From an uncultured Actinomycetes bacterium (GTDB lineage Bacteria; Actinomycetota; Acidimicrobiia; IMCC26256; BP-133): a DNA stretch of 64,000 bases. A program made the position numbers and the translations under genes. Each line of letters begins with the position of its first letter. Position 1 is the first letter of the stretch. The stretch covers positions 567 through 64,566 of the forward strand of contig CAVRTC010000005.1 in the NCBI GenBank assembly GCA_963723985.1, written 5' to 3'. The notes beneath the pieces were generated by a model. It was not told the origin of the DNA, made no database searches, and saw only the letters and a list, made by a program, of their open reading frames with translations. Below are positions 1-10,629 of the stretch, one piece after another.

Positions 1-1319
1 CAGTCTGGGCCGGCGGGGAAGTCTGGCTGCTGGCTGCCCGAGGCGCACATCGAAGACGCCAGTGGGGCCATCAACGGGGGCACGGCGCTGGGTGCCAGCT
101 TTGGTTCAGGAAACGGATCCCGGTGTGGCGATGCTGGGCAGCGACGCCCTGGTGCGCTTCCGGGCGGAGTACTTCACCAATGACCTGGCCTACGACGGCA
201 TCATCGTCCCGGAGCTGGGGCCTTATCCGTTCAACCAGACGTCTCGTTTCCATGGTTTGAAGGGACTACGTTCAGCAGTGTCAGCTCCGCGATCAAGGGG
301 GCTGTGATCCACGAGCTGACGCACGGTTTCGGATTTCCACATGATTTCCGAAATGATGACAACTACCACGGCAACCTGATGGGCAATGGATTTCGCGGAC
401 TGCGCGGCTGCTTTATCCTGCGCGCTACCCGGCGGACTACGCGCACCTCACCCTGGCGGTGGGTCGCGGCCTGAACGTGAACCGCTATTTTGGCGGCACG
501 GCGCTTGAGAACGTTAAGCCCACCCTGGCCGTCACGACCGCCGGCGCGGTGCTCCCGTCCAACGGGCTGAATTGAACTCAACGTTCAGCCCGGCGACCTC
601 GCCAGGCGCTGGCTGGCAGTACCTGACGCCCTGATTATGGCGATACCGTCGCGGATATGCCGCTGGCGGGAACAAACCTCAGCTCGTTTCTCCGTACCGA
701 ACTTTACGCCCGGCGCCGCCAATAACTTCGAGGTAGTGGTCTGGGACGTGCACGGGAACCGCAGTTCCGGAGCGGACCACGAGTGGTTCCTTCTTCGCCG
801 GGCAATCGCGCACCGCTGGCAACTGTCGCGATCTCGCAACCGATCGGATTGCCGGGGCAGATGGTCGTTCTGAGCGCAGCGGGATCGAGCGACCCTGACC
901 ATCCCAATAGCAGCCTGACGGTGGAATGGGACCTGGAGGGCAACAGCGCCTTCGACACCAGTGCCACGACCAACAAGACGCGTGATTTGATGCTGGCGGC
1001 AGCGGGCGTACGGCGGATCGTAGCGCGCATGCGCGATCCGGCAGGCGCAGCATCCGTCTCCGCGCCGATTCCGTTGCTCACGCATCAGCCGTTGCTCTGG
1101 CCCGCGGAAGTTTCCGAAATTACCAACGCCGTCATCGCGTGGGCTTCCGCCCTGGGATTTGTGTATCAGGTGCAGCAGTCATCGGATCTGTCGTCATGGA
1201 GCAATCAACTCGCAACGCCCATCGTTGGCGATGGGGGAATGCAACATTCCGCCGACGCGCTTGCGACCACCGGCCCTGTCTTCTATCGGCTGACGCATGC
1301 GTTACGCGGGGGGCCATGA
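1..1319 (+). pseudogene. Secreted zinc-metalloprotease-like protein with PKD-like domain (5' end cut by window edge; reading frame broken several times)
   Basis: HExxH motif HELTH encoded at 310-324 (AVIHELTHGFGFPHDFRNDDNYHGNLMGNGF) lies in a different frame from ORFs 62..307 and 783..1319. ORF 783..1319 has a PKD-like stretch (SSDPDHPNSSLTVEWDLEGNSAFD) and ends GPVFYRL. The pieces join only if >=3 frameshifts are allowed. Confidence 0.5.
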
Positions 1320-1429
1320 GCCGCTACGAAGTCGGATGAGTGGAAAGCGACTCGGTGTAACCGATTAAGCGTAAACGACTAGGTGTGTGGATGAACCATG
1401 AGCGATTCATCCTTCTACTCCTGGTCGAC

Positions 1430-1527
1430 GGCGACGGAGCCCGTCGCCCTCCAGGGAATTGCCGCCTTCGACTCGAGCAGATGGAGGGCGGCAGGCCCTG
1501 CCGCCGTGGGAGGTTCGATCCCCTCAC
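1430..1527. other. Cluster of four consecutive GC-rich hairpins in a convergent intergenic region (possible structured RNA or stacked terminators)
   Basis: Four hairpins: ggcgacgg-agc-ccgtcgcc (1430-1448); ccctcca(1447-1453)/tggaggg(1482-1488); ggcggca-ggccc-tgccgcc (1487-1505); gtggg-aggttcgatccc-ctcac (1506-1527). Flanked by an imperfect inverted repeat, cgattaagcgtaaacgac (1362-1379) versus gtcgtttacaattaatcg (1560-1577). Confidence 0.3.
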
Positions 1528-1550
1528 AGTTCATTGCTACACGTAGTCGC

Positions 1551-3763
1551 TTACGCGTTGTCGTTTACAATTAATCGTCCCATTCTGTTCGAACCGACAA
1601 CCGACAACCGAACACTGATCACCGTTCCCGGGCCTGCAACGCCCCAACATCCGGCGCCGCGCGCCGAAATCCTCATTGGATGCCGCGGATCACGATGCCG
1701 GCGTCGTGGCAGGGGCTGCGGTTGCAGGCGGAGATCGGCACCACGACTGTCCACCTTCAGGAAATCGGTGAAGGGGAGGGGGCCGTATTCGCCGCGCTCG
1801 AATCCGCCCAGGCCGGGGGTGGCGACGAATTGCGGGTCGGCGACCTGCCCGTGCGACTCCTGGCCGGTGGCGGCCTGGAAATCGGGGAGATTCGTATAGA
1901 CGCCCAGATCCCAGCCGTTGGTCGCGTTTTGGGTTTCCCAATGAAACACCACGGGCTCCAAGAATTAGGGGACGTGCGCGTAGCAATTGTAGTCGAAGGC
2001 GTTGCTCGCCTGTCCGAAGCGGATGCCTCGGCCGTCCACGATCAACGCGTTGTTCCAAAAGCGCTTGTTGGCCGTTTGCATCGTTTCGCCGGGGGCGAGG
2101 CTGATGCCGGTGCCGCCGTACGAGTTGCCCTGGGAGAGACAAACCATCGAATTGTGGTAGCAATAGGCCCAGCCTTTGGAAGACGCGGCGCCGACGTTGA
2201 GTTTGAATCCGAGCACGTAGAAGGTGGCGTCGTTGCGGGTAACGTAGACCGGCCCCTTTTCGACCGGCGCCATGGCGATCGCGGCAAAGGCGTTGCGGAT
2301 TGAGTTGCCGTGCACGCGCTGGTTGACGGCGCCCGAATCGACCTCAATCGCTTCGTGATCGCCGATGTCGGAGATTGTGTTGTACATGATGTCCATGTCG
2401 CGGCTGAGGTCGAGCCGGTCGCCGCGTCCCCAGCCGCCGGGCATGATGCCGTCGAACCAGCCGCGAATGTCACTGTGACAAAAGGACATGCCGCGCCCCA
2501 TGCGGCCGCTGGACCCGGCCCAGCCGGTGATGCCCTGGCGCTGATCGCCGCTGCGCTTGTTCTCTCCCCAGGAATAGGCGGTGAGGCCGCGCTCATAAAT
2601 GCGGTTGTGCCAGACCGCGTTCTCCGCCGTCGTTTCGCCGTACACGAACACACCCGCCTGCGCGTTGTGCAGTTCGTTGCTGTAGATGACACAACCGGTG
2701 GCGCCCTCGCCCAGCCGCACACAGGCGTGGCCGTAGTTGCGGATTTCGAATCCGCGCAACACCACGTGATGACTCGCGGCCAGCAACGCGCCGTATTCAT
2801 AGGTGGCGACGTTGAAGACGTGCTCCGCGGGTGACGCCCCGTCACGGAGACGGATCAGCAGGCGCCCCGCATTGGTGTCGTAGCACCAGCCGCGCGGAAC
2901 GGTGAAGGTGTCGCCCCAACCGGTTTCATGGACGTCCCGATGCAGGTCCTCCAGCGACCGAAAGTGGAAAATCCGCTCGCCATCCTCGGCCACATACATT
3001 AACCGCGAGGGTGGCGACGGAAAATCGAGGGCATGAATGCCGTCACCGAGGGATTCCCAATGCGTGCCCTTGGCGACCTCGATCGAATTAGTCGAGGATC
3101 GGATGTTCGCCGTCGGCGGCGGCGATGATGATAGGGGCGCCGGGCGTACCGGACAGGCGGCTGAAGAGATCGCCCTGGCGGTAAATTCCTGAAAGCGCGT
3201 AGATGGCATCACCCGGTTGCGCCACCGACGCCGCATGACGCAAGGTGCGGAAGGGTTGCCGCCTGGTGCCGGGTTTGAAGTCATTGCCGTCCGGTGTCAC
3301 GTAGTACCGCATTCCCCCGGCCGCGGGTTCCAAGGTCAGCGTGCGCATCGTGATGCTGCTCTCGAACCCCGCCGGTTCCTGAAGGCGCGCGTCGCTGCAG
3401 TCGATCTTCACCTCGATGGTTTCGCCCTGCGCCAGGGGCCAGATGCTGGCCCAGATTTGAGCTTCTTGTCGCGGTCGAAGGTCATTTCGACCCCGTTGGC
3501 CGCGCGGACTCGCCGGCGCGGCGCCAAACGAACCTGGCGTCGGCCTGGCGCGCGTCGTCGCCCGAGTAGGAAAGTTCGATGCCCACGGATGACCAGGTGG
3601 GATAGAGCTCCACGCGGCCGACGCGGATGACATCGTTGTCGGCGGCAAAGCCAGCAAGGGAAAACGTGAGGAGCAGAGAACAGACAAACGCGGAACGCGG
3701 ATCCGCCTTCGCCAAGGCTACGGCGGACAAGACTCGGAACGCGGTCGGAGGGGATTTGTTCAT
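1551..3763 (-). pseudogene. Secreted right-handed parallel beta-helix (pectate-lyase-fold) protein, broken by frameshifts and one in-frame TAA
   Basis: Signal-peptide-like N-terminus in ORF 3482..3763 (MNKSPPTAFRVLSAVALA). YYVTPDGNDFKPGTRRQPFRTLRHAASVAQPGDAIY in 3088..3687. Beta-helix repeats (HNRIYERG, HGNSIRNA, WNNALIVDG) in 1965..3284. The tail FHWETQNATNGW..FQAATGQESHGQVADPQF follows in the same frame right after the TAA at 1965-1967. The true stop is probably near 1619 after further shifts. Confidence 0.65.
1591..1612. repeat. Heptamer block (AACCGAC)2-AACCGAA just downstream of the beta-helix gene
   Basis: gaaccgacaaccgacaaccgaa read directly. An inverted copy lies at 3791-3811 and a shared octamer CCTGCAAC/GTTGCAGG lies nearby (1634-1641; 3815-3822). 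Confidence 0.6.
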
Positions 3764-3790
3764 GATGGGGTTATGGGGGAGGGGCGGGTT

Positions 3791-3811
3791 TTCGGTTGTC
3801 GGTTTTCGGTT
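3791..3811. repeat. Inverted copy of the AACCGAM heptamer block, just upstream of the beta-helix gene start
   Basis: ttcggttgtcggttttcggtt is the reverse complement of AACCGAAAACCGACAACCGAA, and it is followed by gttgcagg. Confidence 0.6.
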
Positions 3812-3987
3812 TCAGGTTGCAGGCAGAACGACCGCCGGCCCGCGGCGGACCGGATGGAAGGGGAGCATGCGACACTTTCTGCCACCTTTGTCGGGAGCTT
3901 TGACGCGAACTTCGTCGGAATTCGGATCGACAAGGCTCCGGACGAAGCTCGGGACAAAGTTTGTTCATGGTTTCCGCCGTAACCGTA

Positions 3988-4062
3988 ATGATTCTCATTC
4001 TCGTCCTCGTCCTCGTCCTCGATTCGTCCATTCGAGAACGAGGACGAATAAAGAAGAATCAT
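3988..4062. repeat. Imperfect ~75-nt inverted repeat containing a (TCGTCC)3 hexamer run
   Basis: atgattct...tcgtcctcgtcctcgtcctcg (3988-4021) pairs with cgagaacgaggacgaataaagaagaatcat (4033-4062). The outer arms atgattct/agaatcat and the inner arms tcgtcctcg/cgaggacga are complementary. Confidence 0.5.
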
Positions 4063-4199
4063 CGCAAAACGTTTGTTGCATCTCTTATCACACAGGCGGT
4101 GTCTCGACAGGAAAGAATCGGGAAGAAATCTGCTGCGTATCCGACTAAAACAAGAATGTTCCCGAGTGTGCCCGAGTCGATGAGCAGCCAAGGAGTCGT

Positions 4200-5838
4200 A
4201 TGAGCACAAAATGCGTCATCAACGTCGATCTGGCGGACGTCTTGGGCGAGCCCGGCCGCAAGAAGCTTCCTGCGCACGCTGGCCTGGGGGGATCGAGGTC
4301 GCGGTTCATCGAAACAGACCGACGCGCACCTCGAGGTCGAGACCGTCGAGTTCGACGAGAAGCCGGACGGCAGCATCCTGCCGAAGCCGGTAACCGGCTT
4401 CATCGAGCCCTCGAAACTCCGGCATCAAGTCAGCCGACGTCGTGCATCCGCGAAGATCAGAACAAGGTGCTGAAGGTCAACTTCGTCGACGTGCAGCAGG
4501 GCGACGGCGCGGTCATCGAGTCGCCGGACGGCAAGGTGATTCTGGTCGATGGCGGCGACAACCAGCTGTTCGCCCGCTACCTCGCCGGCCGCTTCCGCGG
4601 CACGACGCCGACCAAGCCCGAAGGAGATCGACTGCATCCTGGTCACCCACGGCGACGCCGATCACTTCGTCGGGCTTGCCCGAAATCTTCGAAGTCGGAA
4701 ACGAACAACGAGCAAGCGCAAGCGGCTGTTCATCCAGCCCAAGCGCGTCTACCACAACGGCCTCGTCAAGCGCCCGAGCACCCGGAACGGCAAGCGGTGC
4801 CCGACAAGGAGCTGCTGGGGCCGACCAAGAAGGTCGGCGACGACACGTTCCTCATCGGGCTCGAAGACGATCTGCTCGCAGGTCCCGACGAGCGAGATGA
4901 ACATGCCGTTCAAGCGGTGGAAGCAGACGCTCGCGGCATACAACAAGCGCGACCAGATCGAGTTCCGCCGGCTGCAGTTCGGCGATGACGAGGCGTTCGA
5001 CTTCTTCAACGGCGACGACCTGCGCATCGAGGTCCTCGGCCCGCTCTGACCAGAGGTCGCGGGCAAGCCGGCGCTGCAAGTTCCTCGGCGATCCGCCGAA
5101 GGGCCCGCGCATCGGGCACGAATCGCTCGAGACCGAGGACCGGGATTCAAGGGGCATCTCGGCATCGCACACGATCAACGGCCACTCGGTCGTGTTCCGC
5201 CTCAGTCTACGGCGGCTTCAGCTACCTGTTCGCGGCGACCTCAACGACGAGGCCAGCCGGTTGCTCGCGCGCGAGCACAACCAGGGCACGCTCGAATCTG
5301 CGCTCCGAGGTCTTCAAGGTGCCGCATCACGGCTCGGCGGATTTCTCGGGCGCGTTCGTCCAGGCGGTGGCGCCGATCGTCAGCGTGGTCTCGAGCGGCG
5401 ACGAGAACGCGCGCAAGGAGTACATCCATCCGCGCGCGACGCTGATGGGCGCGCTCGGCAAGTGGTCGCGGGTGCCGGAGCCGCTGATCTTCGTCACCGA
5501 GCTGGTGGCGTTCTTCAACGTCGAGGGCTGGTCGCGGCTGAGCGATGCACAAGAAGGCCGCAGAAGCGCGGCGAGTTCTTCGCGTTTCAGCCGCACCGCC
5601 TTCGGCATCGTCAAGACGCGGACCGACGGCAAGCGGTTGCTCGTCTACACCGACAGCGGCAACTGCAGATGAAGGAAGCGTATGCCTACGCGCTCGATTC
5701 CTCCGGCGTGCCCCAACCCGCGGAGGTCGTGCGGGTTTGATTGAATGGGCCGCACGCAAGGGCCCCGAAAAGCTCGCCGAATACCAGCACAAGAACGCGC
5801 AAAGCCTCGACGGTCTGCCCGCGATTGATCCGGCGTGA
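4200..5838 (+). pseudogene. ComEC/Rec2-like metallo-beta-lactamase-fold hydrolase, spread over all three plus frames
   Basis: VLKVNFVDVQQGDGAVIESPDGKVILVDGGDN (frame of 4200..4988). EIDCILVTHGDADHF, an H-x-D-x-DH type MBL motif (frame of 4549..5049). HSVVFRL..GDLNDEASR (4985..). KVPHHGSADFSGAFVQAVAPIVSVVSSGDEN (5319..5672). Possible tail LIEWAARKGPEKLAEYQHKNAQSLDGLPAIDPA ending at 5838. Confidence 0.6.
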
Positions 5839-5980
5839 GGCGGGGCGGAAGTTTTAGCCGCAAAAAGGCTTAACGCGGCCGAGGCCGCATCCGAACCGGA
5901 CTAGCGACTCAAGCCCCACTAGCCGCCTTCGTTAGGAAGCTACGGCGGGCCAAGGAAGAGAGAAGGCGGAGGAGTGTCTC

Positions 5981-6021
5981 CGCGGATCTGCCGCCCGGTT
6001 CAATCGGGCGGCAGATCCGCG
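5981..6021. repeat. Perfect 17-bp-stem hairpin (REP-like extragenic palindrome)
   Basis: cgcggatctgccgcccg (5981-5997), loop gttcaat, cgggcggcagatccgcg (6005-6021); exact complement. Confidence 0.7.
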
Positions 6022-6153
6022 CAACCGAGTCCCGAAAGAGAGCACGCTGCCGGAGTGGGACATCTGCGCCTCTCCGCGCAATCCGCGGTCAAATTCTTCG
6101 CAGACGCAGGGAATTAGCACTTTAGCAACACCCGCTTAGGCGGGCGTATAGAC

Positions 6154-6912
6154 CTAATCGATCACGCCTGATCCAGGCAACGGCTGCGAATCGAGAAGAC
6201 AGGCTGTCATCAGGTTGTCCATGAGCCAGTTGGGGCCGGGCTGAGTTGCAGCGTGGCGAAAGGGCGGCCGGGTGAAGGACAGAGCCAGTTGCCCTGGATC
6301 CGGCGGGGCGCCGAGGCGGTTGAAAAGGCGGGTGGCCAGGGATTCAAATCGTCCGTCTTGCGCCGGAAATACCGTTCCACCAGGCCGGCCCGGCCGAGCA
6401 GGCGCGGCAGGGCGGATTCGGGTAGGCATAAACGTCGGCCTCGTACAGCGTCAGTTTCCCATCCTGCTCGACGGCTTCGACATCGATCAGCGCCAGGAAT
6501 TTTCCAAAAGACCGCTTCCCGCTGACCTGGTAGACGATTTCGAAGCGGCTCGACGCGGATCGTCGCGCGGTACAATTCACGGATCTGCGAGTAACGGCCG
6601 TTGGAAATGCGGTAGGTGTACGTGCCCGGCTGCACTTGCTGCATGGCGGTTCTGGAGTTTTCCAGGTTTGACGTGACGCGCGTGCTCGGCCTGCACAGTT
6701 TCCATCAACGAGCCACGTTGCAGAGTCGCGACGATGTTGCTGTAGGGAACGGCCAGTTGCCCGTGGCCTTGCACGAGGATGTACCGCCGGGACAGCACCT
6801 CGCGCACGTAGGCATTGGTGGCAATGCCCTCCAATGCCGGCCCCGCCAGCCCCGCGGAGTGAACCGCCAACAACAAAAACCCAGTGAGCAAGATACGCAT
6901 GAGCGATAGCAC
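6154..6912 (-). pseudogene. Secreted hypothetical protein, frameshifted
   Basis: N-terminal signal peptide MLSLMRILLTGFLLLAVHSAGLA (ORF 6577..6912). Continuation is readable in ORFs 6344..6934 (FEIVYQVSGKRSFGKFLALIDVEAVEQDGKLTLYEADVYAYP), 6210..6644 and 6154..6429. No family recognised. Confidence 0.4.
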
Positions 6913-6934
6913 ACGCCACCACGTGAGCCATCAA

Positions 6935-6957
6935 CTAGTGTCCTGAGTTACAAGTTC
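6935..6957. repeat. IS630 left terminal inverted repeat
   Basis: ctagtgtcctgagttacaagttc is the exact reverse complement of 8072-8094. Confidence 0.85.
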
Positions 6958-6959
6958 GC

Positions 6960-8047
6960 TCACAAACGGTTTACGGACAGCGTTTGAGGATTCAGTTCGG
7001 CACTTGCGGTCCAGATGAAGGGCTTGGGTTTTCGATTATGGGCGGATGTATTCATCAATGGCATCTTCAAGTGCGTGACAGCCGTGAAGACGCCTCGGCG
7101 GAGGCGTTGCTCGGTCAGCAAACCAAACCAACGCTCGACCTGGTTCAGCCACGAGGCGCTGCGTCGGCGTGAAGTGCGGTGAAACCCCGGGTGCGCGAGA
7201 ACCACGCTGAATTCGAGGTGCTTATGCGTCCCGTAGTTGTCCAAGACCAGGTGCAGCGCCAAGTCCGGCGGCACCGTGTCGTTAATGGTCTTGAGAAGGC
7301 GACGAACTCCTGGTGCCGGTGCCGCCGGTAGCAGTTGCCCGATGACCGCCCCGGTGGCCACGTCCAGGGCGCGCGAACAGCGACGTGGTGCCGTGCCGGA
7401 CGTAGTCGTGGGTGGCCTTCTCGGCCCGGCCCGGGAGCAGCGGCTGGATCGGCTGGGTGCGGTCCAGCGCCTGGACCTGGCTCTTCTCGTCGACGCACAG
7501 GACGATGGCCTTCTCGGGCGGGGCCAGGTACAGGCCCGACGACGTCCCGCACCTTCTCGACGAAGAACGGGTCGGTCGAGAGCTTGAACGTCTCGCGCAG
7601 GTGGGGCTTGAGGCCGAACGCCCGCCAGATCCGGCCGACGGCCGTCTGGGACAGGCCGGCCTGTTTGGCCATACTGCGTGTAGACCAATGGGTGCCCCGA
7701 GCCGGTTTGCTTTCCAAGGTCTTGGTGATGACCGATTCCACGGCACGGTCCGAGATGCTTCGTGGCGGCCCGCTGCGCGGCGCATCTCCCAGCCCTTGGA
7801 GGCGCTCACGCACGAATCGCCCACGCCACTTACACACCGTGGCCGCACAGACCTTCAGCTCACTCGCCACTTGGTCATTCAACTCAACCTCCGCACAACG
7901 CAGAATGATGCGGGCACGCAACGCCGTACGCTGATCGGTCTTGGGGCGTCGTGCCAGCATTTCCAACTTTCCGCGCTCTTCGGGGCTCAATATCAGTCCC
8001 GCTTTCGGTCTCATCAGGCCTCCATCGTAGGGGTGGAAGCGCAGCAT
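6960..8047 (-). pseudogene. IS630-family transposase split over three frames
   Basis: N-terminal HTH part [72 protein letters not shown] (7145..8047). Middle part [30 protein letters not shown] (7282..7848). C-terminal part LHLVLDNYGTHKH...WLNQVERWFGLLTEQRLRRGVF (6960..7688). Confidence 0.8.
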
Positions 8048-8071
8048 AACCAGAGCGGAATATTATTCAAT

Positions 8072-8094
8072 GAACTTGTAACTCAGGACACTAG
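8072..8094. repeat. IS630 right terminal inverted repeat
   Basis: gaacttgtaactcaggacactag is the exact reverse complement of 6935-6957. Confidence 0.85.
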
Positions 8095-8206
8095 GATGAG
8101 GCTTAAGCAACACACAAACAAGCGTGAACGGACTGGGCGGTGTCCGCAAGTTGCGAGATCCGTTGCAGGACACCGTCCGGGCTGGGGCAGTCGCGTTGCC
8201 AACGGG

Positions 8207-8488
8207 TCAATAGTCGAGATTCGCGCCAAACTCCGGTGTTTCACCCTTGTTCACCGATTCGCTCCAGGTGTCGAGGCGATCACCGCCCATCTTCCAGAAG
8301 GCGCGGCAAAGAACGGTGAAGTTTACTCCAGTACAACCTGGCTCTCGCCTTTCGCCAGGAGATCCTTGGCCAGCATGTCGGGCCGAATGAATCCATCTGC
8401 GGCGAGCCCTTGCTGCCGGCGGGAATGCGAGCAGGCGTTTCTTCGCCTCTTCCACATTGCCTTCCGACAGCGCGATCCGACCGAGCAC
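8207..8488 (-). pseudogene. C-terminal remnant of a TPR-like hypothetical protein
   Basis: LGRIALSEGNVEEAKKRLLA and the tail FWKMGGDRLDTWSESVNKGETPEFGANLDY lie in different frames. An upstream in-frame stop and an 8-bp hairpin (gtttcccc/ggggaaac, about 8509-8533) replace any N-terminus. Confidence 0.3.
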
Positions 8489-8789
8489 CTGGTCGTCCCC
8501 TCTCTACAAGTGTTTCCCCACTTGCATAGGGGAAACCCTTAGTACTAATTAAGGGAGGTTTGTCGTCAAATCCATTGACGCGCTCGCGTTGACACTCGAC
8601 CATGCCGACTCCGATTCTCGGGAGCATGATGGTAAAGATCGCTTGGTTCTTTGGTGGGCGCATCCACGACGAAAACAGCACCGGCTCAAGGTGTCTCCTG
8701 CGAATTCTTCAGCACACCTCCCCACATGCGCCGTCTTGCAATTTGTGCAGGGAGTTCTTTCACGTGAATCCCACAAGCGAGGAAGCCGC

Positions 8790-10583
8790 ATGAGAAAGCT
8801 CACGATGACGCTAATGGCGGTGCCGTTGTTGGTTGCCGCGACTGGCAGGGCGCAATGGGTAACCCAGCAAGTGGACTTGCAACCCGGTTGGAACGCGGTT
8901 TTCCTTGCAATTGACCCCGAGCCTTCATCGTGCGACTTGGTCTTCTCGAACCTTCCTTTTGCCGTGAAAATCGTGCTGACCTACAAGCAGGACTTTTCTT
9001 CCGTGGAGTTTATTTCCGAAACAAATGATGTCATTACGACCAGTGCCGAGTGGTTGCAGTGGTTTCCGACCACGGCCGAAATTAGCTTCAGCCGAAGCCT
9101 GTTCAAGCTCCTGCCCAACCGTCCTTATTTCGTAAAAGTGTCAACCGCAGCCACCGGCATGGTGTGGTCCGTCAAGGGCAGGCCAAGGTCCCGCGGAATT
9201 GATTGGCGTGAAAGCGCTTACAACCTTGCAGGCTTCCCGGTCAGCCGCACAATCCGCCGACGTTTGCAGCGTTTTTTGCGTCATCCCCTGCACATGCAGG
9301 GCAGGCGATCTACCGCATGAATTCGCAAGGCGCCTGGCAGCAGATTGCCAATCCCGCGTCCACCTCCATGCGGAATCTGGAAGCGTTCTGGATCCGCATT
9401 TCCGGCGGATCAGCATACCAGGGACCGCTGACCACATCCTCTGATGGTTCCGAAGGGTTGGCATTTGATCGCGTGTTAACAGAAGTTCCGCTGCGGATCC
9501 GAAATGGAAGCACAAACGCCCAAAAGGTGGTCATTCGACAGATTTCCTCAGAAAGCCCACCCGTGGGAGCTACTGACGAGCCGCTTCTGGCCGGCGCGTT
9601 CCCTTTTCGTATTGGGACCTGAAATCTACCAACGGTTGGGAATTGCTGCCGGCCATGCTCTCCGTCACGAATCTGCTGCCGGGGGAAGAACGGGAGATAC
9701 GGATCGCGGTGCGGCGCATGGACATGATTCCCTTCAGCCCCCCCGGGCCGCCAGGCGCTATACCAAAGCCTGCTCAAGATCACCGATCCGCAGGGAGTCT
9801 GGACGAGGTCGTATCCGTGAGCGCCTACGGCCTCCAATCGTTCGACACGCTTGGGAATCCATTGAGCCCGCGTGCGGGCCTGTGGCTCGGGAGTGCCACA
9901 CTGAAAAGCATCAACCAGCCTACCGGGGCGTTCGCGCCTGACACACCCACGCCGACCGCCCCGGGCGCGGAATTCAACTACCGTGTGATCGTCCACGTGA
10001 ACACCAATGGACAGGCCAAGTTGCTGCAGCATGTGCAGCTCATGTGGAAAGAGGGCACGCTCAAACCGGACCCGGAAAATCCTGACTTGCAGATCACCGA
10101 TGTAGGCGGCCGCTACGTGTTGATCGCGGACGACAGTCTGATTTCTGATTTTGTCGGCGCTTCCCTGCGAGACGGAGGAAACGGTGGGCCGCCGGATTCG
10201 TCCACTGCATTTGCGTTCAAGACCCAATACCCATGCAAGGTATTTTCGGCACCCCCAGCAATACGGTTTCTTGCAGTGTGCAGCTGGACTACCACGATCC
10301 GCTCAATCCTTTCCTGCACGCGTACCATCCGGATCATGACAGCCTGACTCCGAGTTTCGCGCCCACGAACAATGCCGAATCCTTTACGGTTGCGCGGGAT
10401 ATTGGAATGACGTTCTCCGCGCAGGATCCTGACGGCCTTGTACTGGCGGGGTGGGGCGATGATCAGGTAGGCGGCTTCTGGGACGAAACCATCACCGGGC
10501 TTCGGCACCAGACATTGTATGTCAAAGGGACCTTCCGGCTACAGAGGGTTTCGAGAGTCGGTGTGTTGAATGATGGTCTTTAG
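8790..10583 (+). pseudogene. Large secreted hypothetical protein, frameshifted (four ORF pieces)
   Basis: Signal peptide MRKLTMTLMAVPLLVAATGRAQ at 8790. Pieces are 8790..9320, 9317..9622, 9643..10347 and 10233..10583 (QLDYHDPLNPFLHAYHPDHDSL..FRLQRVSRVGVLNDGL). They read as one protein if shifts near 9300, 9610 and 10240 are allowed. Confidence 0.5.
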
Positions 10584-10629
10584 AGCGTGAGTGGACGTCG
10601 CCTGGGCGTTTCCCAGGAGGGGGAAGACG

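Larger units (their letters stand above)
6935..8094 (-). mobile_element. IS630-family insertion sequence (decayed)
   Basis: 23-bp perfect terminal inverted repeats enclose a DDE transposase gene of IS630/Tc1-mariner type. Both outer ends read CTAG, compatible with a TA target duplication. The element sits 22 bp upstream of the start of the 6154..6912 gene. Confidence 0.8.

Noticed and set aside
1506-1527. tRNA or tmRNA gene suggested by the T-loop-like string GGTTCGATCCC and an adjacent long 'variable-arm'-like hairpin (1487-1505)
   Set aside because: I could not build an acceptor stem, D-arm or a 7-nt anticodon loop. The would-be T stem needs a 12-nt loop. There is no CCA or matching 5' strand. 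An 8-mer like GGTTCGAT is expected by chance a couple of times in 2 x 64 kb.
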